A stretch of 64,000 nt of DNA from Sedimentisphaerales bacterium (GTDB taxonomy: Bacteria; Planctomycetota; Phycisphaerae; Sedimentisphaerales; SM23-30): assembly GCA_963666285.1 (NCBI GenBank), contig OY762711.1; one strand, 5' to 3'. The notes beneath the pieces are model-generated. The model had not been told where the DNA came from. It saw only the letters and a program-made list of their open reading frames with translations, and ran no database searches. Below, piece by piece: positions 29,204 through 39,822 of this stretch. A program made the translations under genes and the position numbers. The stretch's first letter is position 1, and every line of letters begins with the position of its first letter.

Positions 29204-31543
29204 ATGAATAGAATTAAGTATCTTTTTATAATATCTGTGCTCTGTAGTTTCTTTTTTATTTTCAGCTGCAAAGACAAATCCTCTGCGGTCGATACTCAGG
29301 GTAGTTCTGATGCTGAAACCGCCGCTGCTGTTCAGCAGGAATGGCATTTTACCGGCTCTGAAAGCTGCAAGGAATGTCATCATAAATTCCACGAGCTTTG
29401 GGCCACCTCACGCCACGGCAATTCATTTAATATCGTAACTGACGAATTTGCAAAGGCTAACCTGCCGCCTCATGATGATTTTATCGAAATTGAAGGTGCA
29501 AAATATAGAGCTGATGTAGAAAACAAAATTATTATCGAAGAAACCGACCAGGGCACCAATACCTATCCGATGAAATATGCCGTCGGCGGCAAAAATGTAT
29601 TTTACCTTATTACCGAACTCGAAGGCGGCAAGATGCAGACTCTGCCTTTGGCATATGACCTGTTACTCAAGCGATGGTATGATATGGCCAAAAGCGGTGT
29701 CAGGCATTCTCATGAGTTTGACGATGCTCCTTATCACTGGAAGGATTACCCATATACCTTTAATTCAAGGTGTTACGGTTGTCATGTGAGCCAGTATTCA
29801 CAGAATTACGACTTTGAGAATGATTCATACAGCACAACCTGGAAAGAGCCGGGCATTAACTGCGAATCTTGTCATGGACCGGCCAGTGAGCACAACAGGG
29901 TATGCAGGGAGGCAATGAAGAATGACAAACAGCCTGAAGACTTAAAGATGATTATGGTGGTACAGTCCCATGGCTCTACCCCGGAACAGGTTGACTCTGC
30001 CTGCTCCAGCTGTCATACCAAGGGCGGCGCTATCACACCTAGCTATATTCCCGGCGAGGCCTACTACGATCATTATGACCTCGCAACTTATGAAAATATT
30101 GACTATTACCCTGATGGTCGCGACCTCGGCGAAAATTATACCTTCACTTCATGGAGCCTCAGCCCTTGTGCCCGAAACAGTAAACTCGACTGTATGTACT
30201 GCCACACTTCCAGCGGACGCTACCGCTTCCATGAAGATGCTAAGGCTAACGATGCCTGTGTCGAGTGCCATAAGGGCAAAGTTGACAATATAGTTAAGCA
30301 TAGCCGCCACAAGGAAGGTGCCACCAAATGTATTCAATGTCATATGCCTATGACTCGTTTTGGTAATATGATGAGAAGCGACCATTCCATGCGGCCGCCT
30401 ATGCCAAGTGCCACTATTCGTTATAAGTCGCCCAATGCCTGTAACATATGTCATAAGGATAAAAGTCCGGAATGGGCCGACAAAAAGGTCAGACGCTGGC
30501 ATAAAGAAGATTACCAGCAAGCTACCCTGGAAATTGCTGACCTCATCCAGCAGGCACGCCATGGCAAATGGGAAAATCTGCCGAAAATGCTGGAATATAT
30601 CAAGGAACCCGCTAACAGCGAAATATTTTCCAACTCGCTTGTAAGGCTATTGGAAAATTGTAGCGATGATAGAAAATGGCCGGTCCTGATTGATATTCTT
30701 AACAAGGATAAATCGCCGCTTGTTCGTTCCAGCGCTGCTTATGCTCTAAACACATATCTTACCGAGCAGTCGTTATTAGAGTTATTTAAGGCTTCTCGCG
30801 ATAAATTCCGGATTGTACGTGTTAAGGCCGGTATTACGCTTTCGCAGGTTCCTGACCAGTATATTCCTGATGAATATAAAGAATCTGTCAAGAAGGCTGT
30901 TGATGAATATCTCGTTTCGCTGGATGCCAGGCAGGATGATGGTACTTCCCATTACAACAAAGGTAATTACTATATGGGGATCGGCCAGTATCAGAAAGCA
31001 ATTGAGTGCTTTGAAAATTCTTCTCGATTGCAGTATGACTTTATCCCGCCGCTGGTGAATGTTGCCATGGCATATAATGCTCTTGACCAAAACGAAAAAG
31101 CCCTGGAGTCTCTGCAAAAAGCGATTAAACTTGATCCGAAAAATAGTGCCGCTCATTATAATTCAGCATTGCTGCTGGCCGAAGTGAATCAGCTTGATAA
31201 AGCAGAAGATGAGTTTCGTGAAGTACTTAAGCTGCAGCCCACAAATACCGGTGCTTTATATAACCTGGGGATTCTGGTGGCTGATAAATCTCCTGAAGCT
31301 TCGCTGGAATACTGCAAAAAAGCATATGAAATTGAACCTGCTGATATTAAACATGGGTATACCTATGCTTTCTATCTGGATAAATCCGGACAGGCTGATG
31401 CTGCGATAGCTATTCTGGAAAAGATGGTTGACAATAATGTATATGATCAGAATACTGTTAAGTTAATGGTTGATATATATAACAGGGCCAATCAGACAGA
31501 AAAGATAAACCGGCTTATGAACAAAATCCGCAACAATAATTAA
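29204..31543 (+). CDS. Octaheme cytochrome c lipoprotein with HEAT and TPR repeats
   Basis: Lipobox FIFSC; eight CxxCH (CKECH, CYGCH, CESCH, CSSCH, CMYCH, CVECH, CIQCH, CNICH); SPLVRSSAA HEAT repeat; C-terminal TPRs. Confidence 0.9.
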   Translation: MNRIKYLFIISVLCSFFFIFSCKDKSSAVDTQGSSDAETAAAVQQEWHFTGSESCKECHHKFHELWATSRHGNSFNIVTDEFAKANLPPHDDFIEIEGAKYRADVENKIIIEETDQGTNTYPMKYAVGGKNVFYLITELEGGKMQTLPLAYDLLLKRWYDMAKSGVRHSHEFDDAPYHWKDYPYTFNSRCYGCHVSQYSQNYDFENDSYSTTWKEPGINCESCHGPASEHNRVCREAMKNDKQPEDLKMIMVVQSHGSTPEQVDSACSSCHTKGGAITPSYIPGEAYYDHYDLATYENIDYYPDGRDLGENYTFTSWSLSPCARNSKLDCMYCHTSSGRYRFHEDAKANDACVECHKGKVDNIVKHSRHKEGATKCIQCHMPMTRFGNMMRSDHSMRPPMPSATIRYKSPNACNICHKDKSPEWADKKVRRWHKEDYQQATLEIADLIQQARHGKWENLPKMLEYIKEPANSEIFSNSLVRLLENCSDDRKWPVLIDILNKDKSPLVRSSAAYALNTYLTEQSLLELFKASRDKFRIVRVKAGITLSQVPDQYIPDEYKESVKKAVDEYLVSLDARQDDGTSHYNKGNYYMGIGQYQKAIECFENSSRLQYDFIPPLVNVAMAYNALDQNEKALESLQKAIKLDPKNSAAHYNSALLLAEVNQLDKAEDEFREVLKLQPTNTGALYNLGILVADKSPEASLEYCKKAYEIEPADIKHGYTYAFYLDKSGQADAAIAILEKMVDNNVYDQNTVKLMVDIYNRANQTEKINRLMNKIRNNN

Positions 31544-31573
31544 CTCAAGGTTAATGTATTTGGGTGTAATACT

Positions 31574-32467
31574 ATGTCAATTAAAAGCTCAATAATGGAA
31601 TACGTTCGGCAGGGTGCTGATTCTTTAGATCCTGCACTGCGTCAGAAAGTTAGAGATTTTACTGTCAGCCAGATTACCCGCGAGGCTGGTTTTGCCGATC
31701 GCGATGGTAATGTTGATTTGTATTATACGGTTTTCGGGCTCCAGCTGCTGGATGCTTTCAATGTGGAGATTCCATATGAGCGAGTTGCCGGATTTTTACA
31801 AAGATTTTACCCTTATATCGAGGAAATGGATTTATTGGAAGTGGCCTCCCTTGGACGATGTGCAGGGTGTCTGCCTCTGGAATTCAAGCATAGTGTTATA
31901 AGTGACCGTATTGCTGAACGGATAGCTGCTTTTGTCTCTCAGGACGGCGGATACGGCATGGCCGAAGGTGATGAAAAGGGCAGTATTTATGCTGCGTTTC
32001 TTGCTTTAGGGGCTCTGCAGGATATGGCGGTAACATTGACTAACCCCAGGGGCATGGTCGATTCAATCGAATCTCTTGCATTAAAAGACGGTTCGTATGT
32101 GAATGATAATAAAATGCCCGTTGGGCTGGTACCTTCCACTGCTGCTGCGATAGTTATGCTTGATATCCTGGTTGGCAAAGTCACTCAGGCTTCCATAGAT
32201 TGGTTAAAGAGCTGTTATTGTCCTGAAGGAGGCATGGCGGCTGTTCCCGGCGGCACTCCTGACCTTCTCAGTACTGGGGTAGGTTTGTTTACCCTGGCAT
32301 ATACCAAAACTGATATCGAAAATATGAAGTATGATTGCAGCAGGTTTGTTGATGCTTTAATGCAGGATAATGGCGGATTTTGCGGTAGTAGCGATGATAA
32401 AACTACTGATTGTGAATATACTTATTACGGCCTTTTGACAAAAGGTATTGTTAATTCTAACAGTTGA
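31574..32467 (+). CDS. Prenyltransferase/squalene-oxidase repeat (alpha-alpha barrel) protein
   Basis: GFADRDGNVDLYYTVFGL, DGGYG, PDLLSTG, GGFCG..DCEYTYYGL. Confidence 0.8.
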   Translation: MSIKSSIMEYVRQGADSLDPALRQKVRDFTVSQITREAGFADRDGNVDLYYTVFGLQLLDAFNVEIPYERVAGFLQRFYPYIEEMDLLEVASLGRCAGCLPLEFKHSVISDRIAERIAAFVSQDGGYGMAEGDEKGSIYAAFLALGALQDMAVTLTNPRGMVDSIESLALKDGSYVNDNKMPVGLVPSTAAAIVMLDILVGKVTQASIDWLKSCYCPEGGMAAVPGGTPDLLSTGVGLFTLAYTKTDIENMKYDCSRFVDALMQDNGGFCGSSDDKTTDCEYTYYGLLTKGIVNSNS

Positions 32468-32477
32468 ATTTTGAAAA

Positions 32478-35057
32478 ATGCCTGATAAGAGAAAAGTGAC
32501 ATATCATTATGCCGGAAGGCTGGGGAATACTTTAGGGTCTTTTGGACGGTCATTATTTATCGTTTATGTCTTTATTTCCTTTTTTCCTTATCTGTGTCAT
32601 GGTCAGTGGCGTGTTCCGAATGCTGTTTTATGTTATCAGATCGAACAGGATTTTGGTAAGGCCAGGCTGCCGGACGTACCTGTCCATAAGGTAGTACCTG
32701 AGTACAAAGACTCTTCCCGGAATTTTTATACCGCACCTCAGGAAGGTAAAAATGTTTATAACTATGTTGATGGCGTTCATTATACCTATTTCCTGGCAAT
32801 GAACGGAAGCGGCAAAGTTGAATATAAAATGTCAGGCAAGTATGATAGGTTTGTCGCTGCGGTTGGCTTGGAAGATGGTGCTGATGCTTCGGCAAAAGTT
32901 AAAATTACGATATTGTCAAACGACAAAGAGATTTACAGCTCTGAGCAGATTTCAAAATATAGTAAATCGCTGGAAATCAATGTCAAAATACCTGTTGAAT
33001 GCAAAGTCTTAAAGCTGGTTACAGATCTTACTGGTGGCAGGGCTCGGACAGTATGGGCCAATTCCGGTTTTACCCTCAGAACTCAGGCACCTAAAGTTGC
33101 TCAATGTGAATTGTATGTTCCTGATGAATTTGGCAATAATTTTGATGTCGCTATTCTATCGCCGGCGGGCCAGCAGGTGCCAAGCCGGGTTTGCAGCGGC
33201 TATCCTCATAGGCCGCTTAAGGTGCAATTTGATACAACCGCTGGTGGGTTAAGTAATTATTTTGCCTATATTACCCCTATTGAAGGCAAACAAGGTAAGC
33301 TGGACAATCTTTGGTATGGCAAAGGGGGATTGACTCTTGAGACCAGGATACTGGAAAAAGATAAAGATCGTTGTGATAAACTGCCGGGGTTCGTAGAAGC
33401 ATGGAAAAACGATTCCTGGATAGTTGATTCTGTGTTTATCGAGGGTATTTTCCATTCCTGGCCGGCTGTTGGACTCGATTATGGTCATGAACTGTTTAAC
33501 CAAAGGGGTTCTTCGTTCGGTCAGTATTATTATATAGGTTATTTTCAGGTCGAAGAAGCTGGTGAATATTCTTTTGCAACCTGCTCCAGGTGGCCGTCTA
33601 CCGTATTTATCGATGACAAATTTGTCGTACATTGGCAGGGTAGGCATGATTTTCATGGCGGCAGAAGGTGTGAGTATAACAGTACGGTAAATCTGGTACC
33701 CGGAATTCATAAAATTGAATATATGAATTTCAACAAGTGGGGCGAGCAGTATGTAATCTGTGCCTGGCGAAAAGGTAGTGATGTATTCCGTATAATGACC
33801 GGTTGCGATTTTATTCCTCAAGCATATTATAAGCCTGTAAAAGTATTTGCTAAAGATGCTGTTGCATATAAGAACACCTTTTCATGGAATATTATTGATG
33901 ACATTAGGATAGATGCCGGTGGACCGGCCATTGTTGCGGTTAAGTTTGAGGTGATACCTGCAAAAAATCTTGAGGAACCGGAGTATCGGTGGGAGTTTGA
34001 CGATGGTATCATCGCAATGGGCGAAACCGTCGAACATGTCTTTATTAAAAAAGGGCTGCACAAGGTTAAGCTGAGTGTTAAAGACGGCGGTAATGTTTTG
34101 TACAATACCGAGCAGTCGATAAATGTTGATATAGCAAGAAATAAGCTCTTCAATCATGCCAGGACCGCTAGTTTATTTGGCAATATTGTATCGATAGGGT
34201 ATCTCAGTCATGTGAAAATATCTGATCTTATCTCTTTTTATAGTTTTGTCGATGAGTATGGTTCCGAACAATGGAAAAAACTTGCTTCTGAAGCTATCTG
34301 CCTAAAAAAAGATGAAGAACTGGAGTTTGCACAGCATCTTGATTTTTATGTTAAATTTATTCTTTATCTGGAATCGATCGAAACGGCTCGATATGACCTG
34401 GCGGTTATTCTTGCAGGGAGAATTCTATCTTCTGTAGAGGCAGACAGTTCCAATGCAAAGGACCTGCGGCTTATCTATATGAGATTATTGCTGGACTATT
34501 TAGGTGACTATACGGAAGCCAAAAAACAGGAGCAGTTATTGCCGGCTAATCTTGATTTCAGCCGACAAAAACAGCTTGAGGTAATCAGGGCTGAGTTACA
34601 GTTGGCAGGCCCGGATGATATACCTCAGCTGAAATTTAGCAAACCACTAGGTAGTGCTTTGGAACTGGAAAAGCTGAAAGTGCGTATTGCCGCCGATCTA
34701 AGGTTTGCCGATCAGTGTTCCGAAAGTGAGGATCGCTATGTAATACAGCAGGGGATTGGCAGGTTAAATGATATCCTGAAAGATGATCCGTCTTATATCA
34801 TTGACGCTGATTTTAACCTCATTCGTCTAAAATTATGGCAGGCGGCCCAAGGGTGGGCCCAGCTTTATTTTATTGCTAAACGCTGCGAAAGATTAGAAAT
34901 ATCAGATGTTTATGAACCGGAATTGTTGGGGTTCCAGGTAAAGGCTCTTTTTGAATCCGGAAAAACAGAGTTGGCTGAAAAAGTACTGCAAAGGTTAAGA
35001 GCCGATTGGCCCTATAGTGTCGAAACGGCAAAAGCTGCTGAATTACTTCGTAAATAG
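32478..35057 (+). CDS. Secreted protein with NPCBM/NEW2-like, PA14-like and PKD domains and a helical C-terminus
   Basis: YDRFVAAVGLED (NPCBM), GYFQVEEAGEYSFAT..PGIHKIEY (PA14), YRWEFDDG..VEHVF..GLHKVKLSV (PKD). Confidence 0.72.
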   Translation: MPDKRKVTYHYAGRLGNTLGSFGRSLFIVYVFISFFPYLCHGQWRVPNAVLCYQIEQDFGKARLPDVPVHKVVPEYKDSSRNFYTAPQEGKNVYNYVDGVHYTYFLAMNGSGKVEYKMSGKYDRFVAAVGLEDGADASAKVKITILSNDKEIYSSEQISKYSKSLEINVKIPVECKVLKLVTDLTGGRARTVWANSGFTLRTQAPKVAQCELYVPDEFGNNFDVAILSPAGQQVPSRVCSGYPHRPLKVQFDTTAGGLSNYFAYITPIEGKQGKLDNLWYGKGGLTLETRILEKDKDRCDKLPGFVEAWKNDSWIVDSVFIEGIFHSWPAVGLDYGHELFNQRGSSFGQYYYIGYFQVEEAGEYSFATCSRWPSTVFIDDKFVVHWQGRHDFHGGRRCEYNSTVNLVPGIHKIEYMNFNKWGEQYVICAWRKGSDVFRIMTGCDFIPQAYYKPVKVFAKDAVAYKNTFSWNIIDDIRIDAGGPAIVAVKFEVIPAKNLEEPEYRWEFDDGIIAMGETVEHVFIKKGLHKVKLSVKDGGNVLYNTEQSINVDIARNKLFNHARTASLFGNIVSIGYLSHVKISDLISFYSFVDEYGSEQWKKLASEAICLKKDEELEFAQHLDFYVKFILYLESIETARYDLAVILAGRILSSVEADSSNAKDLRLIYMRLLLDYLGDYTEAKKQEQLLPANLDFSRQKQLEVIRAELQLAGPDDIPQLKFSKPLGSALELEKLKVRIAADLRFADQCSESEDRYVIQQGIGRLNDILKDDPSYIIDADFNLIRLKLWQAAQGWAQLYFIAKRCERLEISDVYEPELLGFQVKALFESGKTELAEKVLQRLRADWPYSVETAKAAELLRK

Positions 35058-35115
35058 CACCCTAAGTAATCCGGCTGGGCATTTTCTATAAAGGCGGGTA
35101 TTGGTTTTGAGTCAA

Positions 35116-35976
35116 TTAAAGATCGCCGCTATTATCACGTTTAGGCAGCAGAAATTCTGCTTCCGGCCATAGCTTAAATACATCTTCTTTATCGGATGCT
35201 ATAATAGTATCAAAATCTCGATCGAGATTATCTTTCTGGTATATTAACTGGTGGTCTTTACTGTAATATATATTCTGTGTCATTCCCCTGAAATTAGCTT
35301 GAACTGCATAACCGTCTGGGTGCTCAGATCTGACATATGATGGGATAGTTTCCAGTTCACCGGGGCTTACTGGAAAGTTAATTACCTCAATTCCAGCTAG
35401 TAATGTAAAATCCAGTTGAGTGTTGTACCGCTGAACTCCTATCGAGGAATATATGTCCAGCATGAAAGGAGGAATAAGATTAGCATGGAAGCTTATTGAC
35501 GAAGCGTCAACAATCGTGCCGTTGATAATGTATTTCATACCTTCATCCGGATTGTAGGTTATGTCTAATGCTTTTGGTGTTCCATTGTCACTGATTCTTT
35601 CGTGTTGGCTCCATGTATTTGTATTGTTTGATATGCGCCATTCATTTATGCCGTAGTATTTATGGTCTGTCAGTCGGGTTATCTCTATACCCATTAGATA
35701 GTTATCTTTCCAGTAGTGCTCATAATACTTGTAGCCGACCGGCTCATCGTTATTATTGTACAGGATATAATATTGAGAATAATTCTCAAATGGGATAAAT
35801 TGATCCAGCCCGGACTCTCTTATCGATGAAAGTAATTTTTTAACGTTTGATGCACCCTGTTTGGTCGAGACATACCATTGTGCCAGCCCAAGCGTTATCA
35901 GCAGCGTAACTGCAAGGGCGATAGTTGATTTTGTCGGACTGTATTGCCCGGGATTTGAGTCAGTTCTTTTGAACAT
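35116..35976 (-). CDS. Hypothetical protein with N-terminal membrane anchor
   Basis: 286-aa ORF with a single TM segment. Confidence 0.7.
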   Translation of the reverse strand: MFKRTDSNPGQYSPTKSTIALAVTLLITLGLAQWYVSTKQGASNVKKLLSSIRESGLDQFIPFENYSQYYILYNNNDEPVGYKYYEHYWKDNYLMGIEITRLTDHKYYGINEWRISNNTNTWSQHERISDNGTPKALDITYNPDEGMKYIINGTIVDASSISFHANLIPPFMLDIYSSIGVQRYNTQLDFTLLAGIEVINFPVSPGELETIPSYVRSEHPDGYAVQANFRGMTQNIYYSKDHQLIYQKDNLDRDFDTIIASDKEDVFKLWPEAEFLLPKRDNSGDL

Positions 35977-36048
35977 AATAGTATTGTTTGTTCTGGAAGC
36001 TTTAGGTTTTAGTTATTACCTTATCAAAGTGCAAGGTATATCTATAAT

Positions 36049-36084
36049 AAAAAAAGCCGCCTCATAGCGAGACGAGGCGGCTTT
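36049..36084 (-). terminator. Intrinsic terminator after the SSS transporter
   Basis: AAAGCCGCCTC-loop-GAGGCGGCTTT with a U7 tail on the minus strand. Confidence 0.8.
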
Positions 36085-36108
36085 GAACTTTTTAATTACT
36101 TCTGTCTA

Positions 36109-38541
36109 TTACCAGAAGATAATGTAAAGAATTACGGTCATAATACAAACTACGATACCCCAGAACTTGGCTGAAGCAGAAGAGGTTACGTCCATATTTT
36201 CGTTAACCGGAAGAACTACAGCTTCTTTTTCCGGTTTCAATATTGTCATGATTCCAATAACAGCCAGGCAAATACCAAAGCAAAGTGCCATTCTATTCAG
36301 GAACGCCATTTCAGCAATAGTATTAAGAATACCTATACTCTTAAGACCGGGAACACTAGGACTGAACTTAAACAGGCCGTAAAGGAATACATTCAATATG
36401 ATACCAAGGGTACCGGCAAATTTTGGAGTTCTTGGAACCAGCAGGCCAAAGATAAATACCGCCAGTATACCTGGTGACAGGAATCCTTGGAATTCCTGGA
36501 TGAAGTTAAAGATACCGCCTAGCTTAGGACTGCCGAGCGTTGGGGCAATGAGCATAGCAATCAGCACAAATACGATTACGCAAACTCGACCAACTTTGAT
36601 AAGTGCATCCTGCTGTGCGTCCTTCTTGATCTTCGCAAAAACGTCCATTGTAAAGATGGTTGATGCTGAGTTCAGCATTGATGCCAGTGAACTGACAACT
36701 GCTCCGAAAATCGCGGCCAGAACGAAACCTTTCAGACCGTTTCCTACTGGTAGAAGCTTCTTGATCAGTGTTGGGAAAGCGGCGTCAAAGTCATAGCCGA
36801 CAAGTTCAGATGACAACTTGTAAACTTCTTCATTTGCATCTGCTTCGGCAATATTAACAAAGATGCTGTTGACTTTGGCCAGCTCCAGTTTGTCATCGAT
36901 TGCAGGAATTATTTCGCCATCCTTAAGGTCCAGGGCATCTTTTATGATCTCTGACATTTCTTTGTTAAGTTTGGTTGCGTGAGCTGCAACAATTTTACTG
37001 TAATCTGATGCAGTTGGAGATTCTATCGGGTCGCTAACGACATCTTTTGCCAACTGGATAGCGTTTTTAGCGACTATCTCTTTTGTTATTTCAGGATAGA
37101 TATCAGCAAACGCTTCTTTGAATTTTATGATTTCTGTTTTGTGTGAATCATCAGAGCTGAAAATATTCATGAATTTTTCCAGGAAATTCTGTTCAGTATC
37201 TAAGTACATAGCCAGTAATTCTGATGATTTAATATCTCCTGCGTTATCGGCGATATCATTATTGAACTTGACCAATGCCGCTGGGTCAGCAGGGATTTCC
37301 TTTTCCTGGTTTGTCAATTTCAGGTTAAATGCAACAAGCTCTTTAACCAGCTCCGGTTCTGTTTTGGCAAAATCCTCATTAAAGACATAGATCATTTCTT
37401 CTTTAGCGGCAAATTGGGCCTTGACGCTATCGTTGAAATAATTGTTTACCAGCTCTACGCCTGATCGGTTTCGGTCAACAGCCAGGTCGCCCAGATGGGT
37501 ACTGAACAAGTTGAACGCGAGAATACCGGGGATTACAACTACAAATGGAATAATCAGTTTTAGGAATGCGGCAAATACTACACCTTTCTGGCCTTCTGCC
37601 AGCGATTTCGAGCCTAGAGAACGCTGCATGATATACTGGTTCAATCCCCAGTAGAAGAAGTTAGGAATCCAGAGGCCGATTACCAGTGCTGTCCATGGGA
37701 TAGAAGCGTCATCTGCTCCGCGAACCATGTGAAGCTTACCGTCCGGAAGTTCGGCTTTATTCAATGCGATAAACCTGTCAATAGGTCCGGCATCGGTTAG
37801 TTGCGGTGCGGTAAGTTCGGAGTTTACTGATGTTTTAATCAATTCTTCAGGTGCTTTATCTGCCAGCATATTAAAAGCAAAAATGGCAATAATGACACCG
37901 CCGAGAACCAGGGCTGAACCCTGGAGCAGGTCGGCCCACGCACAGGCCTTCAAACCGCCTACAAATACGTAAATAGCAGCCAGGGTACCAATGATCCAGC
38001 AACCCACGGTAATATTTCCAAAATCAAGACCGAAAAGGTTGATACCGTCAAAGTTTACACAGATAACTTTTGCTCCTGAGTAAATTACTGAAGCGGTCGG
38101 TACACCAACGAGAATTACAAGAGTTGCAGCAGCCATTACCCAGCGGGCGATAGGGCTGAAACGATGTTCCAGGAATTCGGGAATTGTATAGATACCACAC
38201 TTGAGAAACTTCGGCAGAAAGACGAATGCTACTACTACCAGCGTAATAGCCGCCATCCACTCGTAACTCGCAATCGCCATACCAAGCCAGTCAGCGGCTT
38301 GGCCCGACATACCGACAAACTGTTCGGTTGAAATATTCGCAGCAATAAGAGAGAAACCTACCAGCCACCATGTAAGGCCGCGGCCTGCCAGGAAATAATC
38401 TTCACTTGTCTGGCTTTCATGCTCTTTGTTACCACTTTTGATAAAGCCAACAGCAAGAACGGCAGCTATAAATGCTATAAACACAAGTATATCAGCGATG
38501 CCGATGACTTTAGCCTGTTCAGCTAACAAGAATTCACACAT
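36109..38541 (-). CDS. Sodium:solute symporter (SglT-like sugar symporter) with a large soluble insertion
   Basis: DYFLAGRGLTWW, ANISTEQFVGMSG, FYWGLNQYIMQRSL, SSLASMLNSASTIFTMD. Confidence 0.92.
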   Translation of the reverse strand: MCEFLLAEQAKVIGIADILVFIAFIAAVLAVGFIKSGNKEHESQTSEDYFLAGRGLTWWLVGFSLIAANISTEQFVGMSGQAADWLGMAIASYEWMAAITLVVVAFVFLPKFLKCGIYTIPEFLEHRFSPIARWVMAAATLVILVGVPTASVIYSGAKVICVNFDGINLFGLDFGNITVGCWIIGTLAAIYVFVGGLKACAWADLLQGSALVLGGVIIAIFAFNMLADKAPEELIKTSVNSELTAPQLTDAGPIDRFIALNKAELPDGKLHMVRGADDASIPWTALVIGLWIPNFFYWGLNQYIMQRSLGSKSLAEGQKGVVFAAFLKLIIPFVVVIPGILAFNLFSTHLGDLAVDRNRSGVELVNNYFNDSVKAQFAAKEEMIYVFNEDFAKTEPELVKELVAFNLKLTNQEKEIPADPAALVKFNNDIADNAGDIKSSELLAMYLDTEQNFLEKFMNIFSSDDSHKTEIIKFKEAFADIYPEITKEIVAKNAIQLAKDVVSDPIESPTASDYSKIVAAHATKLNKEMSEIIKDALDLKDGEIIPAIDDKLELAKVNSIFVNIAEADANEEVYKLSSELVGYDFDAAFPTLIKKLLPVGNGLKGFVLAAIFGAVVSSLASMLNSASTIFTMDVFAKIKKDAQQDALIKVGRVCVIVFVLIAMLIAPTLGSPKLGGIFNFIQEFQGFLSPGILAVFIFGLLVPRTPKFAGTLGIILNVFLYGLFKFSPSVPGLKSIGILNTIAEMAFLNRMALCFGICLAVIGIMTILKPEKEAVVLPVNENMDVTSSASAKFWGIVVCIMTVILYIIFW

Positions 38542-38977
38542 TACGCAACTCCTAACAACAATAATTAATTTGTTTTAATGGCTTTTTATGAGATATAAAA
38601 GCCATTATGACTACAATACTATCTATATTTAAATGATTATGCAATAATACTTATATATGGCCGAAATGCTAGTTTTTTTTCAAAAATAATACCCGGGCCA
38701 ATTGATGAATGTAAAAAATATATTAAAAAAAATACAAAATTGACATATGGCTGTAAGTCTATATTTTAATTGCAGTTATGTGGACGTTAGTCGGGCTCGG
38801 TCCGATATAAAAGGTGTATATTATAAAAAAAAGATTTTCTGTATGAAATAGCGGCTGCGACCGATATTGACATAGCCTGACGACAAAGGTTGAACAACGG
38901 AATGGTCAGACCACAGGCGACAAACTATGGATTTCCGGATAAAACGTGTAAGCAGAAAACACCCTTACCCGGGACGT

Positions 38978-39017
38978 GAGACCGACTATTCTGGCCGATG
39001 TCGGTCTCGTTTTTTTT
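38978..39017 (+). terminator. Intrinsic terminator upstream of ubiE (end of a leader or sRNA)
   Basis: GAGACCGAC-loop-GTCGGTCTC then G and a long T run. Confidence 0.8.
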
Positions 39018-39076
39018 AAAGCAATATATAGGATACAGACAAAGAGAATATCTTTTATTTTCAACAAATAAACCTT

Positions 39077-39781
39077 ATGAGCGATACGTTAAATCAAAAA
39101 AAAGATATTGCCTTTGCCTTTGATAATATATCCGGCAGCTATGACAGGGCCAATCGTTTTATTTCACTTGGTATGGATTTGAGATGGCGAAAAAGAATGA
39201 TGTCACTAGTGCCTCTTAACCGGCCCCTGCATATGCTTGATATTGCCTGCGGTACTTGCGACAGTGTGATCGTTGCGGTAAAGGAGCGAGATAATATAAC
39301 AAAACTGGTTGGACTTGATGCTTCCGAAGGGATGCTTACCGTTGGCAGAGAGAAACTAAAACACAAAGGAATCGATAATGTAGAACTTATAAAGGGTGAT
39401 ATGCAGGCTCTTCCTTTCGAAGATCATACCTTTGATATAGTTTCTATAGTATTTGGTTTGAGAAATGCCCCTGATACGGCAAAAGCTGTTAGTGAAGCTG
39501 CCAGGGTGGTCAAGAAGGGGGGCAAATGTTTGTTCCTGGAATTTTCCATGCCTGATAAAATGATTTTCAGAGCGTTTTACTATATTTACCTCCGATTTCT
39601 AATGCCGGTATTGGCATTTATGGTATCTGGTAAATATTCTGCGTATAAATATCTTTTTAATTCAGTCAATGAGTTTTACAGGCCGGACGAGATCTTAAAA
39701 ATGATGCAGGAAGAATGTCTGGAAAGTAAAGTTATTTCGATGGCAGGCGGGACTGTATGGCTCTATGAAGGAGTGAAGTAG
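39077..39781 (+). CDS. ubiE: UbiE/MenG-family quinone biosynthesis methyltransferase
   Basis: FDNISGSYDRANRFISLGMDLRWRK, LDIACGT, FGLRN, LEFSMP, AYKYL..S. Confidence 0.85.
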   Translation: MSDTLNQKKDIAFAFDNISGSYDRANRFISLGMDLRWRKRMMSLVPLNRPLHMLDIACGTCDSVIVAVKERDNITKLVGLDASEGMLTVGREKLKHKGIDNVELIKGDMQALPFEDHTFDIVSIVFGLRNAPDTAKAVSEAARVVKKGGKCLFLEFSMPDKMIFRAFYYIYLRFLMPVLAFMVSGKYSAYKYLFNSVNEFYRPDEILKMMQEECLESKVISMAGGTVWLYEGVK

Positions 39782-39822
39782 TTTTTTATGTGATGATTTA
39801 CCGGACAGACAGAACAGAGATG

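Noticed and set aside
38850..39017. SAM-I or c-di-GMP-I riboswitch upstream of ubiE
   Set aside because: Core consensus motifs were not found by eye; retained only as an unclassified candidate RNA.
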